Assembly (NCBI GenBank): GCA_027314765.1
Contig: DAHVAF010000003.1
Coordinates: 1-50,219, forward strand
From: Clostridia bacterium
Lineage (GTDB): Bacteria; Bacillota; Sulfobacillia; RBS10-35; JAJYVM01
DNA: 50,219 nt
Reading direction: 5' to 3'
Shown: piece by piece, positions 8,414 to 17,113 of the stretch
How positions within the stretch are numbered: the stretch's first letter is position 1
Layout of the letters: every line of letters begins with the position of its first letter
The notes under the pieces: model-generated
Seen by the model: the letters and a program-made list of their open reading frames with translations, nothing else
Database searches by the model: none
Told to the model about the DNA's origin: nothing
Made by a program: the position numbers and the translations under genes

Positions 8414-10032
8414 ATCGCCGTCGCCAGCTGGGAGTGCGCCTCGGCCACCTCCGCCGCCACCCGATCCGCCGTCCACCCCAGCTCCCGGCCCATGATCTCG
8501 GCCACGCGGCCCACCGCCGCCCGCGCCGCCGCCTGGTCGACGAAGGCAAGCCGCAGCCGCCGCGCCAGCACGTCCATCACCGTCGCGGCCATCTCCGCCC
8601 GGACGGCCCAGACGACCTCCGCCTCCAGGTAGGGGTAGCCAGGGGCCAGCAGGTTGCCGTGCCCCTGCCGCGCCAAGGCGGCGACGTCGGCCGCGCGGGC
8701 GCCGTAGGACCGGCGCAGGTGCAGGGCCAGGGCGGGCGGGAGGTCCTCGGGACCCGGCGCCCCCGGCTCACTGCCCAGGACAGGCACCTCGGCCGCGAGC
8801 GCCCCGGCGCCCAGCCGCCACCGCTCCCGGCGCGCCAGGTGGACCAGCGCGTCGATGGCGATGCGCCGGAACGTGGTCCACTTCCCGCCGACCACGGAGA
8901 CCAGGCCGGTCGGATCCTCATGCACGACGTGGCTGCGGGCGAGCTCGGCGGTGCTTGACCGGCGCTCGTCACGCACAAGCGGCCGCAGCCCGGACCACGC
9001 CGCCAGGACGTCCTCCCGCCGAATGGGGGCGGCGAGGTAGCGGCCGGCGACGCCCAGGAGGTAGGCGATGTCCTCTTCCGCCACGGCTGGGCGCGCCGCC
9101 AGGGGCGCGGGCCGGTCGGTGGTCCCGACGAGGGTCCTGCCCTCCCACGGCAGGATGAACACGACGCGGCCGTCGGCCGTGCGCGGGACCAGGAGCCCCG
9201 TATCGGGCGGGCAGAGGCCATCGCGCAGGACCAGGTGCACCCCGCTGCTGGCGGTGACCAGGGGCGGCGCGGCCGGCGCGTCCATGGCCCGGACCTGGTC
9301 CGCGAAAGGCCCGGCAGCGTTCACCAGGGCGCGGGCCCGCACCTCGACCTCCTCGCCGCCGAGGACGTCGCGCACCACCGCCCCCGCCACCCGGCCGCCC
9401 ACGTGCAGCAGCCGGATGGCCGCCGCGTGGTTCAGCACCGCCGCCCCCCGCGCCGCCGCCGTCACGGCAAGCATCACGTTCATGCGCGCGTCGTCGAACT
9501 GGCCGTCGTAGTAAAGGACGCCGCCGCGCAGCCCCTCCGGGGCGAGGCCGGCGAACGCCGCCCGCGCGGCCGCCGCGCCCAGGTGGCGGGTGCGCCCGAG
9601 GCTGGCCGAGCCGGACAGCAGGTCGTAGAGGACGAGGCCCGCGCCGAAATACAGGCGGTCCCAGCGCCCGTAAGCGGGGGTGAGGAGGGCGATCCGCCGG
9701 CAGAGGTAGGGCGCCACGCGGAAGAAGGCGGCCCGTTCGGCCAGGGCCTCACGCACCAGCGCGTACTCGGCGCGGTCCAGGTGCGTGACGGCGCGCTCGA
9801 GGTAGCGCACGCCCCCGTGGATCAGCTTGGTCGAGCGGCTGGAGCTGCCGGCCGCGAAGTCGGCGCGGTCGACCAGGGCCACCCGCAGCCCCGCCGCGGC
9901 GGCCTGGAGGGCGATGCCGGCCCCCACCGATCCCGCGCCGATCACAAGCAGGTCGTGAACTTCACCGGCCAGCGCCGCCAGGGCCCGCCGCCGGGCGCCG
10001 CCCTCCCCCACGCCAGCACCTTCCCCTGGCAT
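8410..10032 (-). CDS. glpD: FAD-dependent glycerol-3-phosphate dehydrogenase
   Basis: 540-aa ORF: DLLVIGAGSVGAGIALQAAAAGLRVALVDRADFAAGSSSRSTKLIHGGVRYLE...VGGKWTTFR. An alternative GTG start at 10011 has a better SD (GGGGAAGG). Confidence 0.9.
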   Translation of the reverse strand: MPGEGAGVGEGGARRRALAALAGEVHDLLVIGAGSVGAGIALQAAAAGLRVALVDRADFAAGSSSRSTKLIHGGVRYLERAVTHLDRAEYALVREALAERAAFFRVAPYLCRRIALLTPAYGRWDRLYFGAGLVLYDLLSGSASLGRTRHLGAAAARAAFAGLAPEGLRGGVLYYDGQFDDARMNVMLAVTAAARGAAVLNHAAAIRLLHVGGRVAGAVVRDVLGGEEVEVRARALVNAAGPFADQVRAMDAPAAPPLVTASSGVHLVLRDGLCPPDTGLLVPRTADGRVVFILPWEGRTLVGTTDRPAPLAARPAVAEEDIAYLLGVAGRYLAAPIRREDVLAAWSGLRPLVRDERRSSTAELARSHVVHEDPTGLVSVVGGKWTTFRRIAIDALVHLARRERWRLGAGALAAEVPVLGSEPGAPGPEDLPPALALHLRRSYGARAADVAALARQGHGNLLAPGYPYLEAEVVWAVRAEMAATVMDVLARRLRLAFVDQAAARAAVGRVAEIMGRELGWTADRVAAEVAEAHSQLATAI

Positions 10033-10089
10033 GCAACTTTAACGCGGACGACCCGGTGCAGGAAGTCCGGCCCAGGCATCGAACGGTGC

Positions 10090-10107
10090 GCTGCAAACGG
10101 TTGCAGC
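10090..10107. promoter_or_regulatory. 18-bp imperfect palindrome GCTGCAAACGGTTGCAGC (cre-like / LacI-type operator candidate)
   Basis: One mismatch in 9+9 arms. Located in the glpD / TIM-barrel-ugpQ-glpK divergent region. The core TGCAAACGGTTGCA approximates the cre consensus. Confidence 0.4.
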
Positions 10108-10191
10108 AACGGCAGCCGGCATTCTGGGCGCGCGCATGCGCGCCCCACGGACGATCCGCAGCGGCAGTCCGGGAGCGGGGAGGTAGCGCGC

Positions 10192-10992
10192 GTGCGTCTT
10201 GGCCTGAACCTCGCCACCATCATGACGACGCCCCTGCCGGCGGCCCTGGAGGCGGCAAGGGCGGCGGGCTTCGCGCTCGTCGAGCTGCGGGCGCCGGCCC
10301 TGGCTGGGCTCCAGCCGGCCGAGGTCGCGGCCCGGATGGCGGGAGCCGGGCTCCAGGCCCTCAGCGTCAACGCCGTGGAGGGGTTTGATGCGCCGGGGTC
10401 CGGGGCGGAGGAGGAATTCCGCCGGCAGGCACAGTGGGCGGCGGCTCTGGGCGGCGCCCAGGTCCTGGTGGTTCCCGTGCGCGCGGCGGCCGCGGCGGAG
10501 CGCACCGACCGCCTGCAGCGGGCCGCGGAGGCGGTGGCGCGCCTGGAGCCCGTCGCCCGGGCGGCGGGCGTGCGGATGGCCGTCGAGTTTCTGGGCTTTG
10601 CCGACAGCACGGTCCGCAGCCTGGCGGAGGCGGCGCAGGTGGCGGCGGCCAGCCCCCTGGCCGACCTCGTGCTCGACACGTTCCACCTCGGCCTTCAGGG
10701 CGGCCCCCTTCCCGGGGCGCCCGCCGGCCGGCTGGCCATCGTGCACCTGGCCGACCTCCGGGCCGGGGTCCAGCGCGGGCGGGCCACCGACGCCGACCGC
10801 TGCCTGCCCGGCGAGGGGAGCCTCGGCATCGCGGCCACCCTGGCCCGGCTCGCGGCGGCGGGCTACGACGGGCCGGCGTCGGTGGAGCTGTTCGATCCTG
10901 TCCTCTGGGGGCAGGACCCCTTGGCGGTGGCGGCCCGCGCGTTCGCCGCCGCCGATGCGGCGCTGCCGGTCCGGGGGGCGGGGGCGCGATGA
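10192..10992 (+). CDS. Xylose-isomerase-like TIM-barrel protein (sugar phosphate isomerase/epimerase, IolH/IolI-like fold)
   Basis: The C-terminal 266 aa of ORF 9235..10992 read VRLGLNLATIMT...VELRAP...MAVEFLGF...DTFHL...PGEGSLG...YDGPASVELF. GTG 10192 follows GGGAGCGGGGAGG. The stop overlaps the next start (ATGA). Confidence 0.75.
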   Translation: MRLGLNLATIMTTPLPAALEAARAAGFALVELRAPALAGLQPAEVAARMAGAGLQALSVNAVEGFDAPGSGAEEEFRRQAQWAAALGGAQVLVVPVRAAAAAERTDRLQRAAEAVARLEPVARAAGVRMAVEFLGFADSTVRSLAEAAQVAAASPLADLVLDTFHLGLQGGPLPGAPAGRLAIVHLADLRAGVQRGRATDADRCLPGEGSLGIAATLARLAAAGYDGPASVELFDPVLWGQDPLAVAARAFAAADAALPVRGAGAR

Positions 10993-11648
10993 GGGTCCTC
11001 CGCTACGCCCACCGCGGCGCGTGGTCGCGGGCGCCGGGGGGTCCCCGTGAGAACACCCTGGCTGCCTTCGCCGCCGCTGCCGGGGGGTGGGATGGGGTGG
11101 AGCTGGATGCCCACCGCACGGCGGACGGGCACCTGGCCGTCGTCCACGACCCGGTCGTCCAGGGACGCGCCATCGGCGCGACGGCATGGGCGGAGCTGCA
11201 CGCGGCCGCGCCGTGGCTGCCGGAGCTGGGCGAGGCCCTGCGGCTGCTGCGCGACGCCGGGCTGCGCGCGAACGTCGAGATCAAGGCCGGCAGCGATTTC
11301 TACCCCGGCATCGAGGCGGAGGTGCTGGCGGCGGTCGGACGCTTCGGCTGGCCGGAGGCGACCATCATCTCCTCGTTCGACCAGCGGGCCCTGCTGCGCG
11401 TGCGCGAGATCGAGGCGGGGATCGCGACCGCCGTGCTCTACACGGGACGCGTGCTCGACCCCGTGGGGGTCGCCCGCCGCTGTGGCGCCACCGGCCTGCA
11501 CCCGGAGAAGGCGCTGCTGCGCGCCGAGGACGTGGCCGAGATGCGGGCCGCGGGCCTCTGGGTCGCCACCTGGACGGGGCGCGACCCGGCCGAGTGCGAG
11601 CGGCTGGCGGCCCTGGGCGTCGACGCCGTGATCGGGGACCCGGCTTAG
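10989..11648 (+). CDS. ugpQ: Cytoplasmic glycerophosphodiester phosphodiesterase (GDPD)
   Basis: MRVLRYAHRGAWS..PRENTLAAFAAA...GVELDAHRTADGHLAVVHD...NVEIK. There is no signal peptide. The start is translationally coupled to the upstream gene, and the stop is immediately followed by the glpK ATG. Confidence 0.85.
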   Translation: MRVLRYAHRGAWSRAPGGPRENTLAAFAAAAGGWDGVELDAHRTADGHLAVVHDPVVQGRAIGATAWAELHAAAPWLPELGEALRLLRDAGLRANVEIKAGSDFYPGIEAEVLAAVGRFGWPEATIISSFDQRALLRVREIEAGIATAVLYTGRVLDPVGVARRCGATGLHPEKALLRAEDVAEMRAAGLWVATWTGRDPAECERLAALGVDAVIGDPA

Positions 11649-13145
11649 ATGCCCCAGTATGTGCTGGCCCTGGACCAGGGCACCACCAGTTCGCGCGCGA
11701 TCGTGTTCGATGAGCGGGGGCGGGTGCGCGGCATGGGAGCCCAGCCGCTCCGCCAGATCTATCCCCGGCCGGGCTGGGTCGAGCACGATCCCGAGGAGAT
11801 CTGGCTGGGCGTCCGCCAGAGCATCGATGCGGCGCTGGCCGCGGCCGGCATCCGCGCCGCGCACCTGGCCGCGGTGGGCATCACCAATCAGAGGGAGACC
11901 ACGCTGCTCTGGCGCCGGAGCACCGGCCGGCCGCTCGGCCACGCCATCGTGTGGCAGGACCGCCGCACGGCCGGGCGCTGCGACGAGCTGCGGGCGCGGG
12001 GCCTGTCCCCCGCCGTCCGCGAAAAGACGGGCCTCGTCATCGACCCCTACTTCTCGGCGACGAAGATCGCCTGGATCCTCGAGCACGTCGCCGGCGCACA
12101 GGCGCTGGCCGAGACGGGCGATATCGCATTCGGCACGGTCGACGCCTGGCTGCTGCACAAGCTGACCGGCGGCCGGCTGCACGCCACAGACCTGAGCAAT
12201 GCCGCCCGCACGATGCTCTTCGACATCCGCCGGCTATGCTGGGACGCGGACCTGCTGGGCGAGCTCGGGATCCCGGCGGCGGTGCTGCCGGAGGTGCGGC
12301 CGAGCAGCGGCCTGTACGCCGAGACCGACCCAGCCGTGATGGGCGCGGCGGTGCCGATCGCCGGCGTCGCCGGCGACCAGCAGGCAGCGCTCTTCGGGCA
12401 GGCCTGCCTGGTGCCCGGCACCGCGAAGAACACGTACGGCACGGGCTCGTTCCTGCTGATGAACACGGGCGATCGCCCTGTCGCCTCCGGCAGCGGCCTT
12501 CTGACGACCATCGCCTGGGGCCTGGGCGACACCGTCCAGTACGCGCTCGAGGGCAGCATCTTCGTGACCGGGGCGGCGGTGCAGTGGCTGCGGGACGAGC
12601 TGGGTCTCATCACCCGCGCCGACGAGACGGAGGCCCTGGCCCGCTCGGTCCCGGACACGGACGGGGTGTATCTGGTGCCGGCATTCGCCGGCCTTGGCGC
12701 CCCCCACTGGGACCCGTACGCGCGGGGCGCCATCCTCGGGCTCACTCGCGGGACGGGCCGCGCCCACGTCGTCCGCGCGGCCCTGGAGGCCATCTGCTAC
12801 CAGAGCCGTGAGGTGCTCGACGCGATGGCGCAGGACGCGGGCCAGCCACTGCAGTGCCTGCGCGTGGACGGCGGCGCGACCGTGAACGACTTCCTGATGC
12901 AGTTTCAGGCGGATATCCTCGGCGTCCCCGTGGAGCGGCCCGAGGTGACGGAGACCACGGCCCTCGGCGCCGCCTACCTGGCGGGGCTGGCGGTGGGGGT
13001 CTGGGCCGGCCCCGCCGCCCTGGCGGGGCAGTGGCGGATGCAGCGGCGGTTTACGCCCGGCATGGGCGAGGCGGAGCGCGAGCGTCTCTATCGAGGCTGG
13101 CGGCGGGCTCTGGCCCGGGTCGGAGGCTGGGTGGAGCCGCAGTAG
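11649..13145 (+). CDS. glpK: Glycerol kinase
   Basis: 498 aa: [22 protein letters not shown]...[11 protein letters not shown]...VWQDRRT...[10 protein letters not shown], the textbook FGGY/GlpK pattern. Confidence 0.95.
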   Translation: MPQYVLALDQGTTSSRAIVFDERGRVRGMGAQPLRQIYPRPGWVEHDPEEIWLGVRQSIDAALAAAGIRAAHLAAVGITNQRETTLLWRRSTGRPLGHAIVWQDRRTAGRCDELRARGLSPAVREKTGLVIDPYFSATKIAWILEHVAGAQALAETGDIAFGTVDAWLLHKLTGGRLHATDLSNAARTMLFDIRRLCWDADLLGELGIPAAVLPEVRPSSGLYAETDPAVMGAAVPIAGVAGDQQAALFGQACLVPGTAKNTYGTGSFLLMNTGDRPVASGSGLLTTIAWGLGDTVQYALEGSIFVTGAAVQWLRDELGLITRADETEALARSVPDTDGVYLVPAFAGLGAPHWDPYARGAILGLTRGTGRAHVVRAALEAICYQSREVLDAMAQDAGQPLQCLRVDGGATVNDFLMQFQADILGVPVERPEVTETTALGAAYLAGLAVGVWAGPAALAGQWRMQRRFTPGMGEAERERLYRGWRRALARVGGWVEPQ

Positions 13146-13251
13146 CAGGGGATCCCCCCCTTGGCCCCGGAATGCCGAAGCTCGGGGCGGGAGGCTGCAG
13201 GTCACGCGCGCACAGGGGGCACGGCTTCGCGGGTCTGAGGGGGCGAGCCGG

Positions 13252-13806
13252 CTGCACGGGCCGGTCATCCCCGCGCTGCGCCGCCCCGAGGACATTGAGG
13301 CCCTGGCCCGCCACCCGGCCGTCGGCACCGTCTTTCTGCTCTTTGGCACCATCAACACGGGCGGCGAGCTGGTGGCGCGCTGCCACGACTTCGGCAAGGT
13401 GGTGCTGCTGCACTTCGACCTGCTGCACGGCCTCTCCGCGGATGCCGACGCCGTCGCCTTCGTGACGCGCCGCTGGCGTGCGGACGGGATCATCACCACC
13501 CGGCCCCAGGTCATCGCGGCGGCCTCGCGGCTCGGGGTGACCACGATCCAGCGCATCTTCGCCCTGGACAGCCTGGCGCTGCAGACCGGCATTCAGCTGG
13601 CCCGCCAGAACCAGCCGTCGGCGATCGAGGTGCTGCCCGGGATCGTGCCGCGTGCCATCACGCAGCTGGTGGCCGCCCTCAGCCAACCCGTGATCGCGGG
13701 CGGCCTCGTGCAGGACGCCGGGGACGTGTCCGCGGCCCTGGGGGCCGGCGCGCAGGCCGTCTCCACGAGCCGCGAGGCGCTCTGGGCCATGGCCGCGGCG
13801 GATTGA
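13252..13806 (+). CDS. glpP: Glycerol-3-phosphate responsive antiterminator GlpP (G3P_antiterm family); proposed CTG start
   Basis: The track ORF 13372..13806 (…VLLHFDLLHGL…DGIITTRPQVI…IQRIFALDSLAL…IEVLPGIVP…IAGGLV…) matches GlpP. The same frame stays open upstream and encodes LHGPVIPALRRPEDIEALARHPAVGTVFLLFGTI, which resembles the GlpP N-terminus. No ATG/GTG/TTG is available there. CTG 13252 lies 8 nt after GAGGGGG. Confidence 0.7.
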   Translation: MHGPVIPALRRPEDIEALARHPAVGTVFLLFGTINTGGELVARCHDFGKVVLLHFDLLHGLSADADAVAFVTRRWRADGIITTRPQVIAAASRLGVTTIQRIFALDSLALQTGIQLARQNQPSAIEVLPGIVPRAITQLVAALSQPVIAGGLVQDAGDVSAALGAGAQAVSTSREALWAMAAAD

Positions 13807-13888
13807 GGCGGCGGCAGGAGTTCGGCGGGCTTCGCGCGAAAGCGTCGCGCAATGGAAGGCCCCGGCGCCATGCGGGCGGACATCAGAG

Positions 13889-13938
13889 AGCCCGCGCGGC
13901 CGGCGGCGACCGAAAGGTCGTCAGCGGTCGCGCGGGCT
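13889..13938 (+). promoter_or_regulatory. Compound GC-rich hairpin followed by TTT in the glpP-ugpB spacer; candidate attenuator/antiterminator target
   Basis: Outer 10-bp stem AGCCCGCGCG (13889-98) / CGCGCGGGCT (13929-38), inner stem CGACC-GAAA-GGTCG, then TTTGG. It lies 40 nt upstream of the ugpB ATG. Confidence 0.35.
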
Positions 13939-13978
13939 TTGGCGCGCGGCCCGGGGCCGGGTGAGGAGGAGTGAGCCC

Positions 13979-15352
13979 ATGAGGAGGGCCCAGGCGATCG
14001 CCGCCGGCTTCGCCGTGATGGCGCTCCTGGCCGGCTGCGGCGGGGCGGCGGCCCCGGCCAGCGGCGGGACGACGGCTTCCGGTGCCGCGGCGGCCACGAC
14101 GACCGGCTCGTCGAGCGCGATCCCCATCACGTTCTGGGATGCGTACACCGGTCCCCTCGGCGCCGACCTGCAGCACCTGGTCGATGAGTTCAACAGCTCG
14201 CAGACCCAGTACCAGGTCAAGGCGGTCTACAAGGGCACCTACCCGCAGGTCCTGGCCGACACCATCGCCGCCTACCGCAGCCACCAGGCGCCGGACATCA
14301 CCATGATCTTCGATGTCGGGACGGCCACCATGATGGACAGCCAGGGCGTCTACGAGCCCGTGTACAAGCTGATGGCGCAGAACAACATCCCGTTTGCCAC
14401 CTCCGACTTCGTCGGCGCCGCCGCCAGCTACTACGAGACCGCGGCCGATCACCTGGATTCGCTGCCGTTCGCCAGCTCGACGCCGGTGCTTTACTACAAC
14501 AAGGCCATGCTCGCCAAGATCAACGCCCAGCCGCCGGCCACCTGGAGCCAGATGGGCAGCGTCGGCGCCGCGCTGGTCAAGAGCGGCGTCAAAAACGGCT
14601 TCACCATCGGCTGGCCGGACTGGACCCAGTTCGAGCAGTACGCCGTGTGGAACGCCTACCCGTACGCCACCGACGACAACGGCTACACGGCCGTCAAGGG
14701 CGTGCAGCTGCTGATCAACACCAAGCCGTTCGTCGACCACATCAACCAGCTGGCCCAGTGGCAAAAGTCAGGCGTCTTCATCTACGGCGGCCGCGAGAGC
14801 ACCCCGGAGCCCCTGTTCCTCAGCGGCAAGGTCGGCATGTACATCGACAGCTCTGCCTCCTACGCGGCCATCGCCAAGGGCGCGAAGTTCGCCTTCGGTG
14901 AGGCGCCGCTGCCCTATCAGAACGGGGATGCCAACGCGCCCCAGAACACGGTGGTCGGCGGCAACTCGCTCTGGGTGATGGCCGGCGAGCCGGCCGACGT
15001 CTACCCCGGCGTGGCCAGGTTCCTGCAGTTTCTGATGTCGGGCCCCTCCCAGGCCTACTGGGCCGCCAACACGGGGTATGTGCCGATCAGCACGGCCGGC
15101 GTCACCGCGCTGACCAACCAGGGCTTTTACGCCAAGAACCCGTACGCGATGGTGGCCGTCAAGGAGCTGACGGACAAGCCGGCGCTGCCCACGACCCGGG
15201 GCATCCGCCTCGGTGACCTCTCCCAGATCCGCGACATCGAGAACGCGGCCATCACGGCGGTGTTCGCCAACAAGGAGAGCGCGCAGCAGGCCCTGGACAA
15301 GGCCGAGCAGCAGGGCAACGCGGTCCTGGCCAAGTTTGCTTCAAGCTACTAG
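13979..15352 (+). CDS. ugpB: Glycerophosphodiester / sn-glycerol-3-phosphate ABC transporter substrate-binding lipoprotein
   Basis: Lipobox AVMALLAGCGG, then ITFWDAYTGPLG...FNSSQTQYQVKAVYKG...NSLWVM, UgpB-like. ATG 13979 lies 7 nt after GGAGGAG. Confidence 0.85.
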   Translation: MRRAQAIAAGFAVMALLAGCGGAAAPASGGTTASGAAAATTTGSSSAIPITFWDAYTGPLGADLQHLVDEFNSSQTQYQVKAVYKGTYPQVLADTIAAYRSHQAPDITMIFDVGTATMMDSQGVYEPVYKLMAQNNIPFATSDFVGAAASYYETAADHLDSLPFASSTPVLYYNKAMLAKINAQPPATWSQMGSVGAALVKSGVKNGFTIGWPDWTQFEQYAVWNAYPYATDDNGYTAVKGVQLLINTKPFVDHINQLAQWQKSGVFIYGGRESTPEPLFLSGKVGMYIDSSASYAAIAKGAKFAFGEAPLPYQNGDANAPQNTVVGGNSLWVMAGEPADVYPGVARFLQFLMSGPSQAYWAANTGYVPISTAGVTALTNQGFYAKNPYAMVAVKELTDKPALPTTRGIRLGDLSQIRDIENAAITAVFANKESAQQALDKAEQQGNAVLAKFASSY

Positions 15353-16271
15353 CCCCGCCCGGACCCGGGCCCGACCGGCGGCGGCGCCCGCCACCCGCGC
15401 GGTCTTCCCGCAAAGGGCGCTGCCGCTGGCCCTGGCCCTGCCCCAGCTGCTGGTCGTGGCCCTGTTCTTCTTGTGGCCGACCTACCTGGCCCTGCGCGAG
15501 GCGTTTATCAACGTCAACGCGTTCGGGCTCGGCGGCCGCTTCGTCGGCCTGGCCAACTTCGCCTACGTGCTGACCACCGGCTCCTACCTGCACGCCCTGG
15601 GGGTGACGGCCGAGTTCGGGCTCATCGCCACCGCGGCCCGCATGGCGCTGGGGCTGCTGCTGGCCGAGCAGGTCCAGCAGGTCGGGCGCGGGCGGGCCAT
15701 CTACCGCACCCTGTTCGCCTGGACGTACGCGGTGCCGGCCGCCGTGGCGGGCAGTCTCTGGCTGTTCATCTTCAACCCCCAGGTGGGGATGGGCGGCGAG
15801 ATCCTGGCCGCCCTCGGCGTGCGCTGGAACTTCCTGCTCAGCAGCAGCCAGGCCCTGGCCGTGGTGATCAGCATGACGGTCTGGCAGCTGACGGCCTACA
15901 ACTACCTCTTCTTCACCGCCGGGCTGCAGTCGCTGCCGGAGGACGTGCTGGAGGCCGGCGCCCTGGACGGGGCAGGGCCGTCCAAGCGCTTTTGGCGCAT
16001 CACCTTCCCCATGCTGGCGCCGACCACGTTCTACCTGTCGGTGGTCAACATCATCTTCGTCTTCTTCTCCACCTTCGCCACGATCGACATCCTGACCCAG
16101 GGCGGCCCCGACAACGGCACGGCCACGCTGGTGTACCGGATCTACCAGGACGCCTTCCAGAACGCCAACACATCGGTGGCGGGCGCCGAAACCATCCTGC
16201 TCATCCTCTTGGTGTCGGCGCTCACGGCCGTGCAGTTCCGCTTCCTCGGCCGGCGGGGCTACTACCAGTGA
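15336..16271 (+). CDS. ugpA: ABC transporter permease UgpA-like
   Basis: ...RAVFPQRALPLALALPQLLVVALFFLWPTY... with EAA loop LEAGALDGAGPSKRFWRITFPML. The start is uncertain because no in-frame ATG follows the ugpB stop. TTG 15336 (overlapping the ugpB end) is my best guess. The track start at 15213 is inside ugpB. Confidence 0.8.
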   Translation: MLQATSPARTRARPAAAPATRAVFPQRALPLALALPQLLVVALFFLWPTYLALREAFINVNAFGLGGRFVGLANFAYVLTTGSYLHALGVTAEFGLIATAARMALGLLLAEQVQQVGRGRAIYRTLFAWTYAVPAAVAGSLWLFIFNPQVGMGGEILAALGVRWNFLLSSSQALAVVISMTVWQLTAYNYLFFTAGLQSLPEDVLEAGALDGAGPSKRFWRITFPMLAPTTFYLSVVNIIFVFFSTFATIDILTQGGPDNGTATLVYRIYQDAFQNANTSVAGAETILLILLVSALTAVQFRFLGRRGYYQ

Positions 16272-17110
16272 GGGCGCGCCGGCGGCGCGAGGCCGGGCGG
16301 CACGTCCTGCTGATCGGGCTGGCCCTGATCTTTCTCGTGCCGATCTATGTGGCCGTGGTCGCCGCCAGCCACAGCGCGGGCGATCTGCTGGCGGCCTTCC
16401 CCTACGCCCCGGGCGGCCTGCTCCTCCGTAACCTCGGCCGCGTGCTGATCGCCGGCTTCCCGAACGCCGCGCCCGTGGACCGCATGCTGGCCAACAGCCT
16501 GGTGATGGCGCTCGGCATCTCGCTCGGCAAGCTGCTCATCTCGGTCCCGGCCGCCTTCGCCGTCGTCTTCTTCAACTTCCGCGGGCGGATGCTGGTCTTC
16601 TGGCTCATCTTCATCACCCTGCTGCTGCCGGTCGAGGTCCGCTTCTTCCCCACCTACCAGATCACGGCGCAGCTCGGCCTGCTCAACAGCTACGGCGGGC
16701 TGATCCTGCCCCTGATGGCCTCGGCCACGGCCACCTTCCTGTTCCGCCAGTACTTCCTCACCCTGCCCAAGGAGCTGGCGGATGCCGCCCGCATCGACGG
16801 CGTGCGCCCCCTGCAGTTCCTGCTGCGCATCGTGCTGCCGCTGTCGCGGCCCAACCTGGCGGCCCTGTTCGTCATCGAGTTCGTGTACGGGTGGAACCAG
16901 TACCTGTGGCCCCTGCTGACGACCACCGACACGCACTACCAGACGGTGGTCATGGGGATGCAGGGCATGATCTCCATCGCCAGCAGCTTCGGCGTCCCGC
17001 AGTGGAACCTGGTCATGGCCGCCGCCATCCTGGCCCTGCTGCCGCCCGTCCTCGTGGTCGTCGCCATGCAGCGCTGGTTCGTGCGCGGCATCGCCGCCGG
17101 AATCAACTGA
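16268..17110 (+). CDS. ugpE: ABC transporter permease UgpE-like
   Basis: GTG 16268 overlaps the ugpA stop (GTGA). EAA loop LADAARIDGVRPLQFLLRIVLPLS. Six predicted TM stretches. Confidence 0.85.
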   Translation: MRARRRREAGRHVLLIGLALIFLVPIYVAVVAASHSAGDLLAAFPYAPGGLLLRNLGRVLIAGFPNAAPVDRMLANSLVMALGISLGKLLISVPAAFAVVFFNFRGRMLVFWLIFITLLLPVEVRFFPTYQITAQLGLLNSYGGLILPLMASATATFLFRQYFLTLPKELADAARIDGVRPLQFLLRIVLPLSRPNLAALFVIEFVYGWNQYLWPLLTTTDTHYQTVVMGMQGMISIASSFGVPQWNLVMAAAILALLPPVLVVVAMQRWFVRGIAAGIN

Positions 17111-17113
17111 CGG

